A stretch of DNA of 64,000 nt from Vulcanimicrobiota bacterium (GCA_963695225.1 OY968762.1:2432001-2496000), one strand, 5' to 3'; shown: positions 39,474 to 49,310, counted from the first letter of the stretch. Program-made: numbers and translations. Notes: generated by a model not told the origin, from the letters alone.

Positions 39474-40780
39474 ACGAACCCGCATCCTCCGTTCCGTTGC
39501 TCGGCGCTCCGACTCCGCAAGCGCTGTTCGACGAAGCGTACGAGAACTACAGACTCTACCTGAACCCTCCGCTCGCGCGCGTGATGAAGCTCTCCGGGAG
39601 CGCCGTCGAAGTGCGCGCGCAGGGCTGCACGATCTGGGATCACAAGGGGAAAGCGTATCTCGATTTCGCGGGCGGATACGGCGTCTTCACGCTCGGCCAT
39701 TCGCACCCGCGCGTCGTCGCGGCGGTCAAGGCGCAGCTCGATCTGATGTCGCTCTCCGGGCGCACGATGTTCAGCCCGCCGATGGGCCGGCTCGCGAAGG
39801 CGATCGCCGAGATCGCGCCGGGGGATCTTTCGATCTCGTTCTTCGCGAACAGCGGGACGGAGGCGGTCGAGGGCGCGCTCAAGCTCGCCCGTGCCGCGAC
39901 GAAACGCATGAAGATCGTCGCGACGGAAAACGCCTATCACGGCAAGACGCTCGGCTCCCTCTCCGCGAGCGGGCGCGAGTACTTCAAGCTCGCGTACGGT
40001 CCGCTCGTCCCCGCCTTCGAGCACGTTCCGTTCGGCGATGCGGATGCGCTCGAGGCCGTCCTCGACGATCACACGGCGGCCGTGATCGTCGAGCCGATCC
40101 AAGGCGAGGGCGGCGTGAACCTCCCGCCGGACGGGTATCTGACGCGCGTTCGCGAGGCCTGCGACCGGGTCGGCGCGCTGTTCATCGCGGACGAAGTCCA
40201 GACCGGGCTCGGCCGCTGCGGTCTGCTCTTCGGCTGCGACGCGGAAGGCGTCGTCCCCGACGTGATGACGCTCGCGAAAGGCCTCTCTGGCGGCGTGATG
40301 CCGATCGGCGCCTACGTCGTGCGCCCTTCCGTTTGGAACGCCGCCTACGCGAAGGCGCCGCTGATGCACACGTCCACGTTCGGCGGGAACCCGCTCGCCT
40401 GCGTGGCCGCGCTCGAAGCGCTCGCGATCTTGCGCGACGACGGTCTCGTAGAGAACGCGCGCGTGCGCGGCGAGGAGTTGATCGCGGGGGCCCGGAGCAT
40501 CGCCGCCGACTACCCCGGCGTCGTGCGCGACGTGCGCGGGCGCGGGCTCCTCGTCGGCGTCGAGCTTACGAACGAGGGCTACGGCGGCGCGATCATCCCC
40601 GAGATGCTCAAGGCCGGCGTGACGGCCGCCTGGACGCTCAACATGCAGCGCGTCATCCGGCTCGAACCGCCGCTGATCGTCACGGCCGACGAGATCGCGC
40701 GCGCGCTCGAGGCGTTTCGCGGCGGGGTCCGCGCCGCACGCGCGAAACTCGGCGACTTGCCGAACGCGCAAGGATCGTAA
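39470..40780 (+). CDS. Class III PLP aminotransferase (omega-transaminase)
   Basis: GTGA overlap with dusB; YLDFAGGYG..LGH, NSGTEAVE, EPIQGEGG, DEVQTG, LAKGLSGG, STFGGNP. Confidence 0.92.
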   Translation: MNEPASSVPLLGAPTPQALFDEAYENYRLYLNPPLARVMKLSGSAVEVRAQGCTIWDHKGKAYLDFAGGYGVFTLGHSHPRVVAAVKAQLDLMSLSGRTMFSPPMGRLAKAIAEIAPGDLSISFFANSGTEAVEGALKLARAATKRMKIVATENAYHGKTLGSLSASGREYFKLAYGPLVPAFEHVPFGDADALEAVLDDHTAAVIVEPIQGEGGVNLPPDGYLTRVREACDRVGALFIADEVQTGLGRCGLLFGCDAEGVVPDVMTLAKGLSGGVMPIGAYVVRPSVWNAAYAKAPLMHTSTFGGNPLACVAALEALAILRDDGLVENARVRGEELIAGARSIAADYPGVVRDVRGRGLLVGVELTNEGYGGAIIPEMLKAGVTAAWTLNMQRVIRLEPPLIVTADEIARALEAFRGGVRAARAKLGDLPNAQGS

Positions 40781-40785
40781 CGAGA

Positions 40786-41229
40786 TTGCCCTACGTCGAA
40801 ACGAGCATCGTCGTCGATGCGCCGGCGCGCGACGTCTACGAGCTCGCCAAGGATCAAGAACGCTTCCCCGAGTTCATGCCGGACGTCGAGTCGGTTTCGA
40901 TCGTCGAGCGCAAAACGGATCGCGTGATCTCGCGCTGGAAGACGCTCGTCGAAGAAGCGCCGATCGAGTGGATCGAAGAGGATCGCTTCGACGACGACAA
41001 CGCGCGCATCGATTACAAGCTGCTCGAAGGGGACCTCGATAAGTTCGAGGGCGCTTGGACCTTCGTCGACGGCGCCGGCTGCACGCACGTCACGCTCACG
41101 GTAGAATACGATTTCGGCGTCCCGACGCTCGCGGAGCTGATCGGGCCGACGCTCCACAAGAAAGTGTTGGAGAACAGCGAGATGATGCTCGCGGCCCTCA
41201 AACGGGAGGCCGAAGCGCGCCGCCCGTGA
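40786..41229 (+). CDS. SRPBCC/START (polyketide cyclase-like) lipid-binding protein
   Basis: SIVVDAP...VY....D.E.FPEFMP, EGDL..FEGAW.F. Confidence 0.85.
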   Translation: MPYVETSIVVDAPARDVYELAKDQERFPEFMPDVESVSIVERKTDRVISRWKTLVEEAPIEWIEEDRFDDDNARIDYKLLEGDLDKFEGAWTFVDGAGCTHVTLTVEYDFGVPTLAELIGPTLHKKVLENSEMMLAALKREAEARRP

Positions 41230-41253
41230 GGGCGGCGCCATGAAGTTCGGCCG

Positions 41254-41910
41254 TTACGGCCGCGCGAACGCGACGAGCGTCGCCGCTTCGCGGTCGTTCG
41301 TCCAAAAGCGCGAGCCGTCGTAGGTGAGCGAACGGCACTGGAACCCAATCGCGGCGAGGTCGGTGATAACCGGCTCCGCGCCGCCCAGAGCGACGTGCGC
41401 GAAGCGCCAATCGCAGATCTTCTCGTCGCCGCGCAACGCGTAGAGTTCGCCGTCGGCGAACGTGAAGCCGCAGATGTGCGCGCCGACGTCGATCGTCTGC
41501 GTTACGGTTCCCGTAGCGTCTAGCTTGAGGATGAGCCCTTTGTAGAACTGGCTCATGTAGAGCGAACGGCCGTCGTAGCCTAGATACGACCCGGTGAATT
41601 CGGGGCACGCGATCTTATCGTTGTTCTTGAAACCGTGCCCGAGGATATAGCGGCGGATGTAGCGATCGTCGTCGGGGCCTTCACCGATCGTCACGCGCAA
41701 CTCGTCTCCGACCACGACGGCCCCCCAAGGTTTCCCCGGTGCGGTTCGCTCCTCGGTGACGACGCCCGTATGGATGTCGATCGCGTAGATGCGCTCCGTG
41801 TCGCGCGAGCCCATCCAGAGGTGCGGGCCGTCGCAGGCGAGAGCCTGCGGGGCCGGCGCCGGCGATGGGAGGCGCTGGAGTTCGTGAATTGGGGCGAGAG
41901 TAGTGGTCAT
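41254..41910 (-). CDS. Hypothetical beta-propeller-like protein (paralogue 2)
   Basis: Repeated ALACDG.HLW/LGYDG.SLY/LTYDG.RFW blade-like units. Confidence 0.65.
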   Translation of the reverse strand: MTTTLAPIHELQRLPSPAPAPQALACDGPHLWMGSRDTERIYAIDIHTGVVTEERTAPGKPWGAVVVGDELRVTIGEGPDDDRYIRRYILGHGFKNNDKIACPEFTGSYLGYDGRSLYMSQFYKGLILKLDATGTVTQTIDVGAHICGFTFADGELYALRGDEKICDWRFAHVALGGAEPVITDLAAIGFQCRSLTYDGSRFWTNDREAATLVAFARP

Positions 41911-41913
41911 GCG

Positions 41914-42573
41914 TTACTCCGGAAGCGAAAAAGCGACAATAGAGTTCTGTTTGAAATCATTGGTCCAGAAGCGCGCGCCGTCGTGCGCGAGCGAGACGGC
42001 GACGAACGGCGATTGCGCCGCGAGCACGAGCTGCGGCTGCGCGGCGTCGGGTTCGATCCAAGCGATGCGGCTGCCGCCGCGCTGCCGGCCGAACCAGAGC
42101 GCGAGATAGAGACGCGAGCCGAGCCGGCAGAAACCGGTGATCTCCTCGCCGATCGCGATCTCGCGGATCGGGCGGTAGGCGCCGTCGAGTTCGAGGATGA
42201 GATGCTTGTAGCGCTGGCTGAGCCAGAGATGGGCGCCGTCGAAAGCGAGGAACGAGCCCGTGTCGCCGGGACACGGGACGGCCTCGCTCGACTTGAAGCC
42301 GTGCCCCGGGATGAAGCGGCGAATGAAACGCGAGTCGCCTTCCTCGCTGCAGACGACGCGCAGCTCGTCGCCGAGACAGGTCGCGCCGACGGGCTTCCCG
42401 GGGGCGCCCCATTCCTCGAGGATCCTGCCCTGGTGCGGATCCAGGCCATAAAAACGGCTCGTTTCCCACGAGCCGAGCCACAACCGCTCTCCGTCGCAAG
42501 CCAGCGCTTGCGGCGCCGGCGCCGGGGACGGGATCCGAACGATCTCCGTCAGCTCGCCGAGGACGGTTTCCAT
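41914..42573 (-). CDS. Hypothetical beta-propeller-like protein (paralogue 1)
   Basis: Shares PSPAPAPQALACDG, APGKP, GDELRV, GHGFK and RFWTND with the neighbouring gene. Confidence 0.65.
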   Translation of the reverse strand: METVLGELTEIVRIPSPAPAPQALACDGERLWLGSWETSRFYGLDPHQGRILEEWGAPGKPVGATCLGDELRVVCSEEGDSRFIRRFIPGHGFKSSEAVPCPGDTGSFLAFDGAHLWLSQRYKHLILELDGAYRPIREIAIGEEITGFCRLGSRLYLALWFGRQRGGSRIAWIEPDAAQPQLVLAAQSPFVAVSLAHDGARFWTNDFKQNSIVAFSLPE

Positions 42574-42657
42574 GGGAGGGACTTCGCGGAGAAGGTTGTG
42601 GAGAACCTACTTTTCACGCCGGGTTCCCGCCACCGGCAGCGAATTTCTCTCCAGCTC

Positions 42658-43770
42658 ATGGCAAAATTCGCGTTCGTGATCCATCCGCTCTCGCTCGAAG
42701 ACGTCGTCCGGTACGAGCCGAAAGCCGCCGGCAAGGGGCGTCCGATCATCGAGAAGATCCTCGAATGGATGCCCGCCTACGCTGCCGCCCACATCACCGG
42801 CGTGCGGACGCCCGACGGGCGCGAGACCGAAGGCTGGTTCGTCGCGGCGACGTTCATGCCGGAGCAGATGTTGAGTCTGCCGCGCGAGCAGGTCTACGGG
42901 AAGATCTCGAAGGCGATCGAGGTGGGAGCGCAACTCGGAGCCGAGATCGTCGGCCTCGGCGCGTTCACCGGCGTCGTCGGCGACGCCGGGGTGACGCTCG
43001 CGGAGCGCTCGCCGATCGCGGTGACGACGGGGAATTCGCTCACGATCGCGGCGGGCGTCCAGAGCCTATTGCGCGGCGCGCGCGAGATGGAAATCGAGCC
43101 TGCGGGCGCGACCGCCGTCGTGATCGGCGCGACCGGTTCGATCGGCTCCGCCTGCGTGGAATTGATCGCGCCGCACGTCGGGCACATCGTCCTGGTCGCG
43201 CGGAACATGACGCGCCTGCGCGCGTTCCACGAATCGATTCGCGAGAGCTTGCCGTGCGGTTCGTCGATCTCGACGGACGTGCACGAGGCCGTCCCGCGCG
43301 GCAGCCTGATCCTGACCGCGACCTCCTCGACGCAGGAGCTGATCGAGCCGGCGGACCTGCAGACGGGTGCCGTCGTCTGCGAGCTTTCGCTTCCGCATGA
43401 CGTCGGGCGGCGCGTCGCGATCGAGCGGCCGGACGTCCTCGTGATCGAGGGCGGGAACATGCACGTTCCCGGCGATCCCCGCTTCATGCGGGTGCGCGAG
43501 CCCGACTCGCCGTTCGATCTCGGCCTGCCCCCCGCGACGGCGCTCGCCTGCATGTCGGAGACGATGGTCCTCGCCCTCGAGGATAAAGTGCAAACCCATT
43601 ACACGCTCGGGCGCGGGATCGATCTCGCGAAGGTCCGCGAGATCGAAGGGATGGCGGCGCGCGCCGGCTTCACGCTCGCCGATATGCGCGCCTTCGACGT
43701 CGCCATCACGCCGGAACAGATTGCCGCCAAGCGCGCCGCCGCGCGCGAACGGAGGAGCGCTCTCGTATGA
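42658..43770 (+). CDS. Acyl-ACP/thioester reductase-like protein (cyanobacterial AAR family, COG5322-like)
   Basis: FAFVIHP, LGAFT, TTGNSLT, VIGATGSIG, LACMSETMVL (aligns with the AAR catalytic FACFAEAMLL). Confidence 0.75.
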   Translation: MAKFAFVIHPLSLEDVVRYEPKAAGKGRPIIEKILEWMPAYAAAHITGVRTPDGRETEGWFVAATFMPEQMLSLPREQVYGKISKAIEVGAQLGAEIVGLGAFTGVVGDAGVTLAERSPIAVTTGNSLTIAAGVQSLLRGAREMEIEPAGATAVVIGATGSIGSACVELIAPHVGHIVLVARNMTRLRAFHESIRESLPCGSSISTDVHEAVPRGSLILTATSSTQELIEPADLQTGAVVCELSLPHDVGRRVAIERPDVLVIEGGNMHVPGDPRFMRVREPDSPFDLGLPPATALACMSETMVLALEDKVQTHYTLGRGIDLAKVREIEGMAARAGFTLADMRAFDVAITPEQIAAKRAAARERRSALV

Positions 43771-44693
43771 AGACGGTCGTCTCCGTCTCGCTCGGCTCCT
43801 CCTCGCGGGATCACCGCGCGCAGGTGGAGCTGCTCGGCGAGCAGTTCGACATCTCGCGCATCGGCATGGACGGCTCGATCGATCGGGCGATCGCGAAGCT
43901 GCGCGAGCTCGATGGGCACGTCGACGCGATCGGCCTCGGCGGGATCGACGTGTACCTCTACGCCGGGAACAAGCGCTATGCGCTGCGCGACGGCTTGCGT
44001 CTGCTCGACGCGGTGAAGACGACGCCCGCGGTGGACGGCAGCGGCCTCAAGAATACGCTCGAGCGCGAAGCGGTGCGCTTCGTGCGCGACGAGCTCGGGA
44101 TCCGGCTCGCAGGAACGAAGGTGCTGATGGTCAGCGCGCTCGACCGTTTCGGAATGGCGCAGGCGCTCGTCGACGCGGGCGCCGACGTGCTCTTCGGCGA
44201 CTTCATCTTCGCGCTCGATCTCGATAAGCCGGTCCGCGGCCTCGCCGAATTCGAGGCGCTCGCGGAAAAATATCTGCCCGATGCGTGCAAGCTGCCGTTT
44301 CAGTTCTTCTACCCGACGGGGAAGAAGCAAGACCGTCCGCCGCAGCCCAAGTACCCGCAGTATTACGAAGAGGCGGAACTGATCGCGGGCGACTTCCATT
44401 TCATGCGGCAGTTCATGCCGGCGCGGCTCGACGGCAAGACGTTGCTGACGAACACGGTCACGCAGGCCGATATCGACGATCTGGCGGCGCGCGGCGTCGC
44501 GCGCCTCGTCACGACGACCCCGGATTTCGGCGGCCGCTCGTTCGGGACGAACGTGGTCGAGGCGGCGCTCGTCGCGCTGCTCGGCAAGCGCTGGGAAGAG
44601 GTCGAGGAGGGCGACTACGAGCGGCTCCTCGGCAAGCTGCACCTCCATCCGCGCGTCGTCGAGCTGAACGCGGCGGACCCTGCGCGATCCTGA
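43767..44693 (+). CDS. Conserved uncharacterised protein (family often labelled 'quinate 5-dehydrogenase')
   Basis: VVSVSLGSSSRD, GLGGID, DGSGLKNTLE, DRFGMA, FYPTG, GRSFGTNVVEA; ATGA overlap with the reductase. Confidence 0.7.
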   Translation: MKTVVSVSLGSSSRDHRAQVELLGEQFDISRIGMDGSIDRAIAKLRELDGHVDAIGLGGIDVYLYAGNKRYALRDGLRLLDAVKTTPAVDGSGLKNTLEREAVRFVRDELGIRLAGTKVLMVSALDRFGMAQALVDAGADVLFGDFIFALDLDKPVRGLAEFEALAEKYLPDACKLPFQFFYPTGKKQDRPPQPKYPQYYEEAELIAGDFHFMRQFMPARLDGKTLLTNTVTQADIDDLAARGVARLVTTTPDFGGRSFGTNVVEAALVALLGKRWEEVEEGDYERLLGKLHLHPRVVELNAADPARS

Positions 44694-44765
44694 GGTGGGC
44701 GCGGCCGCCTCGACAGCCTCGCCGCCGCCGTAGGGACGATCGCCCTCGCTCCCTAACCCGTTAGG

Positions 44766-46067
44766 ATGAACACGACCGCTTCTCGCACCGCCGATTTGCT
44801 CGAACGCCGCCGGGCCGCCGTCGCCCGCGGGCTCTCGACGCTCCACGACATCGTCGCCGACACCGCTTGCGGAGCCGTCATCCGCGACGTCGAAGGTCGT
44901 GAGTTCATCGATTTCATCGGCGGGATCGGGGTCCTCAATCTCGGGCACGCCCATCCGCGGATCGTCGCCGCCGTCAAGGCGCAAGCCGAGCGCTTCACGC
45001 ACACCTCGTTCCAAATTCTCGTCTACGAGGGATACGTCGAGCTCGCCGAGCGGCTCTGCGCGATCGCGCCGGGCGACTTTCCGAAGAAGGCATTCTTCGT
45101 CTCGACGGGCGCCGAGGCGGTCGAAAACGCCGTCAAGATCGCTCGCGGTTATACGAAACGGACCGGCGTCATCACGTTCCGGCACGGGTATCACGGACGC
45201 TCGCTCCTGACGCTCGCGATGACCGGGAAGGTGCAGCCGTACAAGCAGCCGTCGTTCGGTCCCTATCCGAGCGACGTCTATCAGAGCGGTTTTCCGAGCG
45301 CGCTGCACGGCATCTCGACCGAGGCCGCGCTGGCGGAGCTGAACGATCTCTTCGGCGCGCAGATCCCTCCCGAGCGCGTCGCCGCGATCGTCGTCGAGCC
45401 GGTGCAGGGCGAGGGCGGGTTCGTTCCGGCGCCTGCGGAGTTCTTGCGCGCGCTTCGGGCGATTGCCGACAAGCACGGCATCGTGCTCGTCTTCGACGAG
45501 ATCCAAAGCGGCTTCGGCCGCACCTCGAAGATGTTCGCGAGCGAGCACACGGGCGTCGTTCCCGATCTGATGACCGTCGCGAAGAGCCTCGCCGGCGGGC
45601 TCCCGCTCGCGGGCGTCGTCGGCCGCGCCGAGATCATGGACGGCCCCGAGCCGGGCGGCCTCGGCGGCACGTACGCCGGGAACCCGCTCGCCTGCGCCGC
45701 GGCGCTCGCCACGCTCGACGCCTTCGAGCAGGAGCACATCCTCGAACGCGCCGCCGAACTCGGGACGCGTCTGCGCGCGGCGCTCGATGCGCTCGCGGCG
45801 GCGCATCCGCAGATCGCCGAAGTGCGCGGGCTCGGCGCGATGCTCGCGTTCGAACTCGCCGACCTCCCCGGCCGCCCGGGGAGCGGCACCGCCGCCACGA
45901 ACCGGATCGTCGCCGACGCCCGCGAGCGAGGGCTCCTGATCATGACGGCTGGTAACGGCAACATCGTCCGCATCCTCGTCCCCCTCGTCATCGAACCCGC
46001 GCAACTAGATCGAGCCCTCGCAATCCTCGCCGAAAGCGTCGAAGCCGCCCTCGCAAGCGGCGCCTAA
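44766..46067 (+). CDS. gabT: 4-aminobutyrate aminotransferase
   Basis: IDFIGGIGV, TGAEAVENAVKIAR, YHGR, EPVQGEGGF, DEIQSGFGR, AKSLAGG, GGTYAGNP. Confidence 0.9.
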   Translation: MNTTASRTADLLERRRAAVARGLSTLHDIVADTACGAVIRDVEGREFIDFIGGIGVLNLGHAHPRIVAAVKAQAERFTHTSFQILVYEGYVELAERLCAIAPGDFPKKAFFVSTGAEAVENAVKIARGYTKRTGVITFRHGYHGRSLLTLAMTGKVQPYKQPSFGPYPSDVYQSGFPSALHGISTEAALAELNDLFGAQIPPERVAAIVVEPVQGEGGFVPAPAEFLRALRAIADKHGIVLVFDEIQSGFGRTSKMFASEHTGVVPDLMTVAKSLAGGLPLAGVVGRAEIMDGPEPGGLGGTYAGNPLACAAALATLDAFEQEHILERAAELGTRLRAALDALAAAHPQIAEVRGLGAMLAFELADLPGRPGSGTAATNRIVADARERGLLIMTAGNGNIVRILVPLVIEPAQLDRALAILAESVEAALASGA

Positions 46068-46100
46068 CCGCCCGCCATCCCGAGCAGTCGAAGGGCCTAT

Positions 46101-46257
46101 CAGGTAGCGGGCGGGGTAGGGCGACGGTCTCCCGCGGGGCGTGCAGCTTGCCCGCGGAGCCAGGATGGCGGGAGCGGGCAAGTGCACGAGTAGCGATTTC
46201 GCACGGATGCGAAATCGCGGGCGTCCCCGTGGGAGACCGTCGCCCTACCCCGCCCGC
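46101..46257 (-). repeat. Structured palindromic intergenic repeat, copy 4 (short form)
   Basis: CAGGTAGCGG end; long terminal IR GCGGGCGGGGTAGGGCGACGGTCTCCC/GGGAGACCGTCGCCCTACCCCGCCCGC; same core as copy 3. Confidence 0.85.
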
Positions 46258-46474
46258 GGGCCTCGCGATCAGCCTCAACTCAGGAAGCTCACCCTTCGAC
46301 GGACTCACGGTGATACTGGGCTGGTCTGAGCAGGCAGGGTCAAGATTGGTAGGCGCGCGTCCGATATTTCGGTGAAGCCCCGGCGGCGAAGGGGTCCGGA
46401 GGGACCTTGGTCGAACGACCGGGGCTGACGCGGGGGGTCTCGCGTCTTTCCCTATTTCAGACTGAGGGCGATTC

Positions 46475-46981
46475 GTGAACGACAAAGAGACTGTGCTGAC
46501 CCGCGAGGGTCTGCAGAAGCTCGAATTGGAGCTGGAAGATCTCAAGACCGTCCATCGGAAAGAAGTCAACGACCGGATCCGTCAAGCCAAAGAATTCGGC
46601 GATATCTCGGAAAACGCCGAGTACGAGGATGCCAAACAGGAGCAGGCCTTCGTCGAAGGGCGGATCATGAAAGTCGAAGCGATGATTCGCAACGCGCGGA
46701 TCATCGACATCAGCGACGCGGTTTCCGATGTCGTCCATCTCGGCGCGACGGTCAAGGTCAAAGACGTGAAGGCCGGCCAGTCGTATGAGTTCACGATCGT
46801 GGGTTCCACCGAAGCGGATCCCGTGCGCCAGCGCCTTTCGAACGAATCGCCGCTCGGCCGCTCGCTGCTCGGCCACAAGAAGGGCGAGAGCGTCGAGGTG
46901 ACCACGCCGCGCGGCGTCGTCACGTATAAGATTGAAGGGATCAACGCGAAGAAGAAGGCGCCGGCAAAGAAAGCTTCGTAA
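46475..46981 (+). CDS. greA: Transcription elongation factor GreA
   Basis: LTREG, GDISENAEY, IVGSTEADP, SNESPLG. Confidence 0.96.
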   Translation: MNDKETVLTREGLQKLELELEDLKTVHRKEVNDRIRQAKEFGDISENAEYEDAKQEQAFVEGRIMKVEAMIRNARIIDISDAVSDVVHLGATVKVKDVKAGQSYEFTIVGSTEADPVRQRLSNESPLGRSLLGHKKGESVEVTTPRGVVTYKIEGINAKKKAPAKKAS

Positions 46982-46991
46982 CGACCCCCGA

Positions 46992-48488
46992 GTGGAACAC
47001 TCGGACGATCTCGGAAAACGTGAAGTCGAACTGCGAGCGGCCAGGCGGGCGAACCTGGCCGCTTTGCGCGCACGGGGGCTGGACCCGTTCGCCCAGACGC
47101 GCTACGAGGTGACGGCGCACGCGAGCGACCTGCTCGCGCGTTACGCCGAACTCGGCGCGGAGGCGCCGCCGCAAACCGAGCGGCATCGCTTGGGCGGGCG
47201 CCTCCTCGGGATCCGCAAGATGGGGAAAGGCGCGTTCTGGGCCGACCTCTGGGACCGCACCGGCCGCATGCAGATCTACGTCCGCGAGGACGCGGTCGGC
47301 GCCCAAGCGCTGGCCGCCTTCGATACGCTCGATCTCGGCGACGTGATCGGCGTCGACGGGACCGTCTTTCGTTCGAAGAAGGGCGATCTGACGTTGCGCG
47401 TCGCGTCCCTCGAGGTGCTCTCGAAATCGATCTCGCCGCTTCCGAACACGTTCCACGGGCTCACGGACGTCGAGCAGCGCTACCGGCGCCGCTACCTCGA
47501 CCTGCTGATGAACGAGGACGTCCGCGAAGTCTTCATGCAGCGCAGCCGCATCCTAGCGGAGATGCGGCGCTTCATCGACGCGAAGGGCTTCTTCGAATGC
47601 GAGACGGCGACGCTCTTGCACGTCGCCGGCGGGGCCGCGGCGCGGCCGTTCCGCACCCACATGAACGCGCTCGACATCCCGCTCGATCTGAGGATCGCGA
47701 CCGAGCTCAACCTCAAGCGGTTGATCGTGGGAGGCCTCGAGCGGGTTTACGAGATCGGCCGCGTGTTCCGCAACGAGGGGATCGATACGACCCACAACCC
47801 CGAATTCACGATGCTCGAGTTGTACGCGGCGTTCTGGTCGGTCCACGAGATGATGGACTTCAACGAAGAGCTGCTCGCGCATCTTGTGCAGCACGTCCGC
47901 GGGACGCACGAGCTCTCGTACGGCGAGGCGCGGATCTCGTTCGCGCGGCCGTTTGCGCGCATCGCGTACTTCGATGCGATGCGCGAGTTCGGCGGCCTCG
48001 AACGCGCCGAGTTGCTCGACGCCCAGGGTGCCGCGCGCATCCTCGCCGCGCTGGGCCTGCCGCCCTCGCCGACGCACGCGCACGCGCTCGACAAGATCTT
48101 CGGCGCGGTCGTCGAGCCCAGGCTCGTGCAGCCGACCTTCGTCTACGACTACCCCGTCGAGATCTCGCCGCTCGCCAAGCGCAAGGCCGGAGATCCGCTC
48201 CTGGCCGATCGCTACGAACTCTTCGCGGCGAATTTCGAGATCGCGAACGCCTTCACGGAACTCAACGATCCCGACGATCAGCGCGCGCGCTTTGAGGCGC
48301 AGATCGCCGAGCGCGCGAAGGGCGACGTCGAGGTCCCCGCTCCGGATTGGGACTTCGTCGCGGCGCTCGAATACGGGATGCCGCCGACCGCCGGGATCGG
48401 CATCGGGATCGACCGGCTCGTGATGCTCCTGACCAACAACCAGTCGATCCGCGAAGTGATCCTCTTCCCGTTGCAGCGGCCGCTCTGA
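46992..48488 (+). CDS. lysS: Lysyl-tRNA synthetase (class II)
   Basis: RYRRRYLDL, GGAAARPF, LRIATEL.LKRL, FRNEG..HNPEFT, GMPPTAG.GIGIDRL. Confidence 0.96.
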   Translation: MEHSDDLGKREVELRAARRANLAALRARGLDPFAQTRYEVTAHASDLLARYAELGAEAPPQTERHRLGGRLLGIRKMGKGAFWADLWDRTGRMQIYVREDAVGAQALAAFDTLDLGDVIGVDGTVFRSKKGDLTLRVASLEVLSKSISPLPNTFHGLTDVEQRYRRRYLDLLMNEDVREVFMQRSRILAEMRRFIDAKGFFECETATLLHVAGGAAARPFRTHMNALDIPLDLRIATELNLKRLIVGGLERVYEIGRVFRNEGIDTTHNPEFTMLELYAAFWSVHEMMDFNEELLAHLVQHVRGTHELSYGEARISFARPFARIAYFDAMREFGGLERAELLDAQGAARILAALGLPPSPTHAHALDKIFGAVVEPRLVQPTFVYDYPVEISPLAKRKAGDPLLADRYELFAANFEIANAFTELNDPDDQRARFEAQIAERAKGDVEVPAPDWDFVAALEYGMPPTAGIGIGIDRLVMLLTNNQSIREVILFPLQRPL

Positions 48489-48515
48489 TGCGCTTCGCCG
48501 GCGGCGCGGGACGCG

Positions 48516-49310
48516 GTGCCTGACGAGGCGACGTATCGGGTCGTCGTCGAGTACGACGGCACCGATTTCTGCGGTTTCCAGTTTCAGCCGCAGGTTCGGA
48601 CGGTCGCGGGGACACTCGAAAGCACGTTCTCGCGGCTCTTCGACCAGCCGGTCAAGGTCTCGTGCGCCGGGCGCACGGATGCAGGCGTCCACGCGGTCGC
48701 GCAAGTCGTCTCGTTTCGCGCGCACGCTCGTTTCCCGATCGAGAAGTTCGGTCTCGCGGCGAACAGTTCTCTCCCGTGGGATCTGAGCGTGCGCGAAGCC
48801 GCCCGCGTGGCGGCCGGTTTCGACGCGCGCGCCGCCGCGCTCGAGCGGCGGTACACCTACGTCGTGCTCAACCGCCAGGCGCCGTCGGCCGTCTTGCGCC
48901 GCTTCACGCATTTCGAGCACCGCTCCCTCGACCTCGAGCTCATGCGGAGCGCCGCTGCGCCGCTCGTCGGCGAGCACGACTTCGTCTCGTTCTGCGGCGT
49001 GCTCCCCGAACGAGGCGGGACGGTCCGGACGCTTTACGCCGTCGAGATCGAGCGGCGCGGCGATCTCGTCCGCCTGCATTTCAGCGCCGCCGGCTTTCTG
49101 CACCGCATGGTGCGCACGATCGCCGGAACGCTGCTGGAGGTCGGATCGGGGCGGCGCGAACCGGGCGCAATGGAGGGGATCTTGGCCGCACGGGACCGGC
49201 GCGCGGCGGGCTTCACGGCGCCCGCGCAGGGCCTCTTCTTCGTCGGCGTGCGCTACGCGGATTTCGATTCCGGACTCGGCGCCGGGACCTTCGCGAGCGT
49301 CCTCGCGTGA
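48516..49310 (+). CDS. truA: tRNA pseudouridine synthase A
   Basis: YDGT.F.GFQ.Q, AGRTDAGVHA, GEHDF, FL.RMVR, APAQGL. Confidence 0.95.
   Translation: MPDEATYRVVVEYDGTDFCGFQFQPQVRTVAGTLESTFSRLFDQPVKVSCAGRTDAGVHAVAQVVSFRAHARFPIEKFGLAANSSLPWDLSVREAARVAAGFDARAAALERRYTYVVLNRQAPSAVLRRFTHFEHRSLDLELMRSAAAPLVGEHDFVSFCGVLPERGGTVRTLYAVEIERRGDLVRLHFSAAGFLHRMVRTIAGTLLEVGSGRREPGAMEGILAARDRRAAGFTAPAQGLFFVGVRYADFDSGLGAGTFASVLA

Noticed and set aside
42658..44693. Shikimate/quinate dehydrogenase assignment
   Set aside because: AroE signature motifs (SxSP, NVTxP.K, NTD) are absent; the first protein matches acyl-ACP reductase motifs instead.
46376..46426. SRP (4.5S) RNA suggested by GGTCCGGA
   Set aside because: It lacks the conserved CAGG..GNRA..AGCAG domain IV internal loop; kept only as a possible leader.
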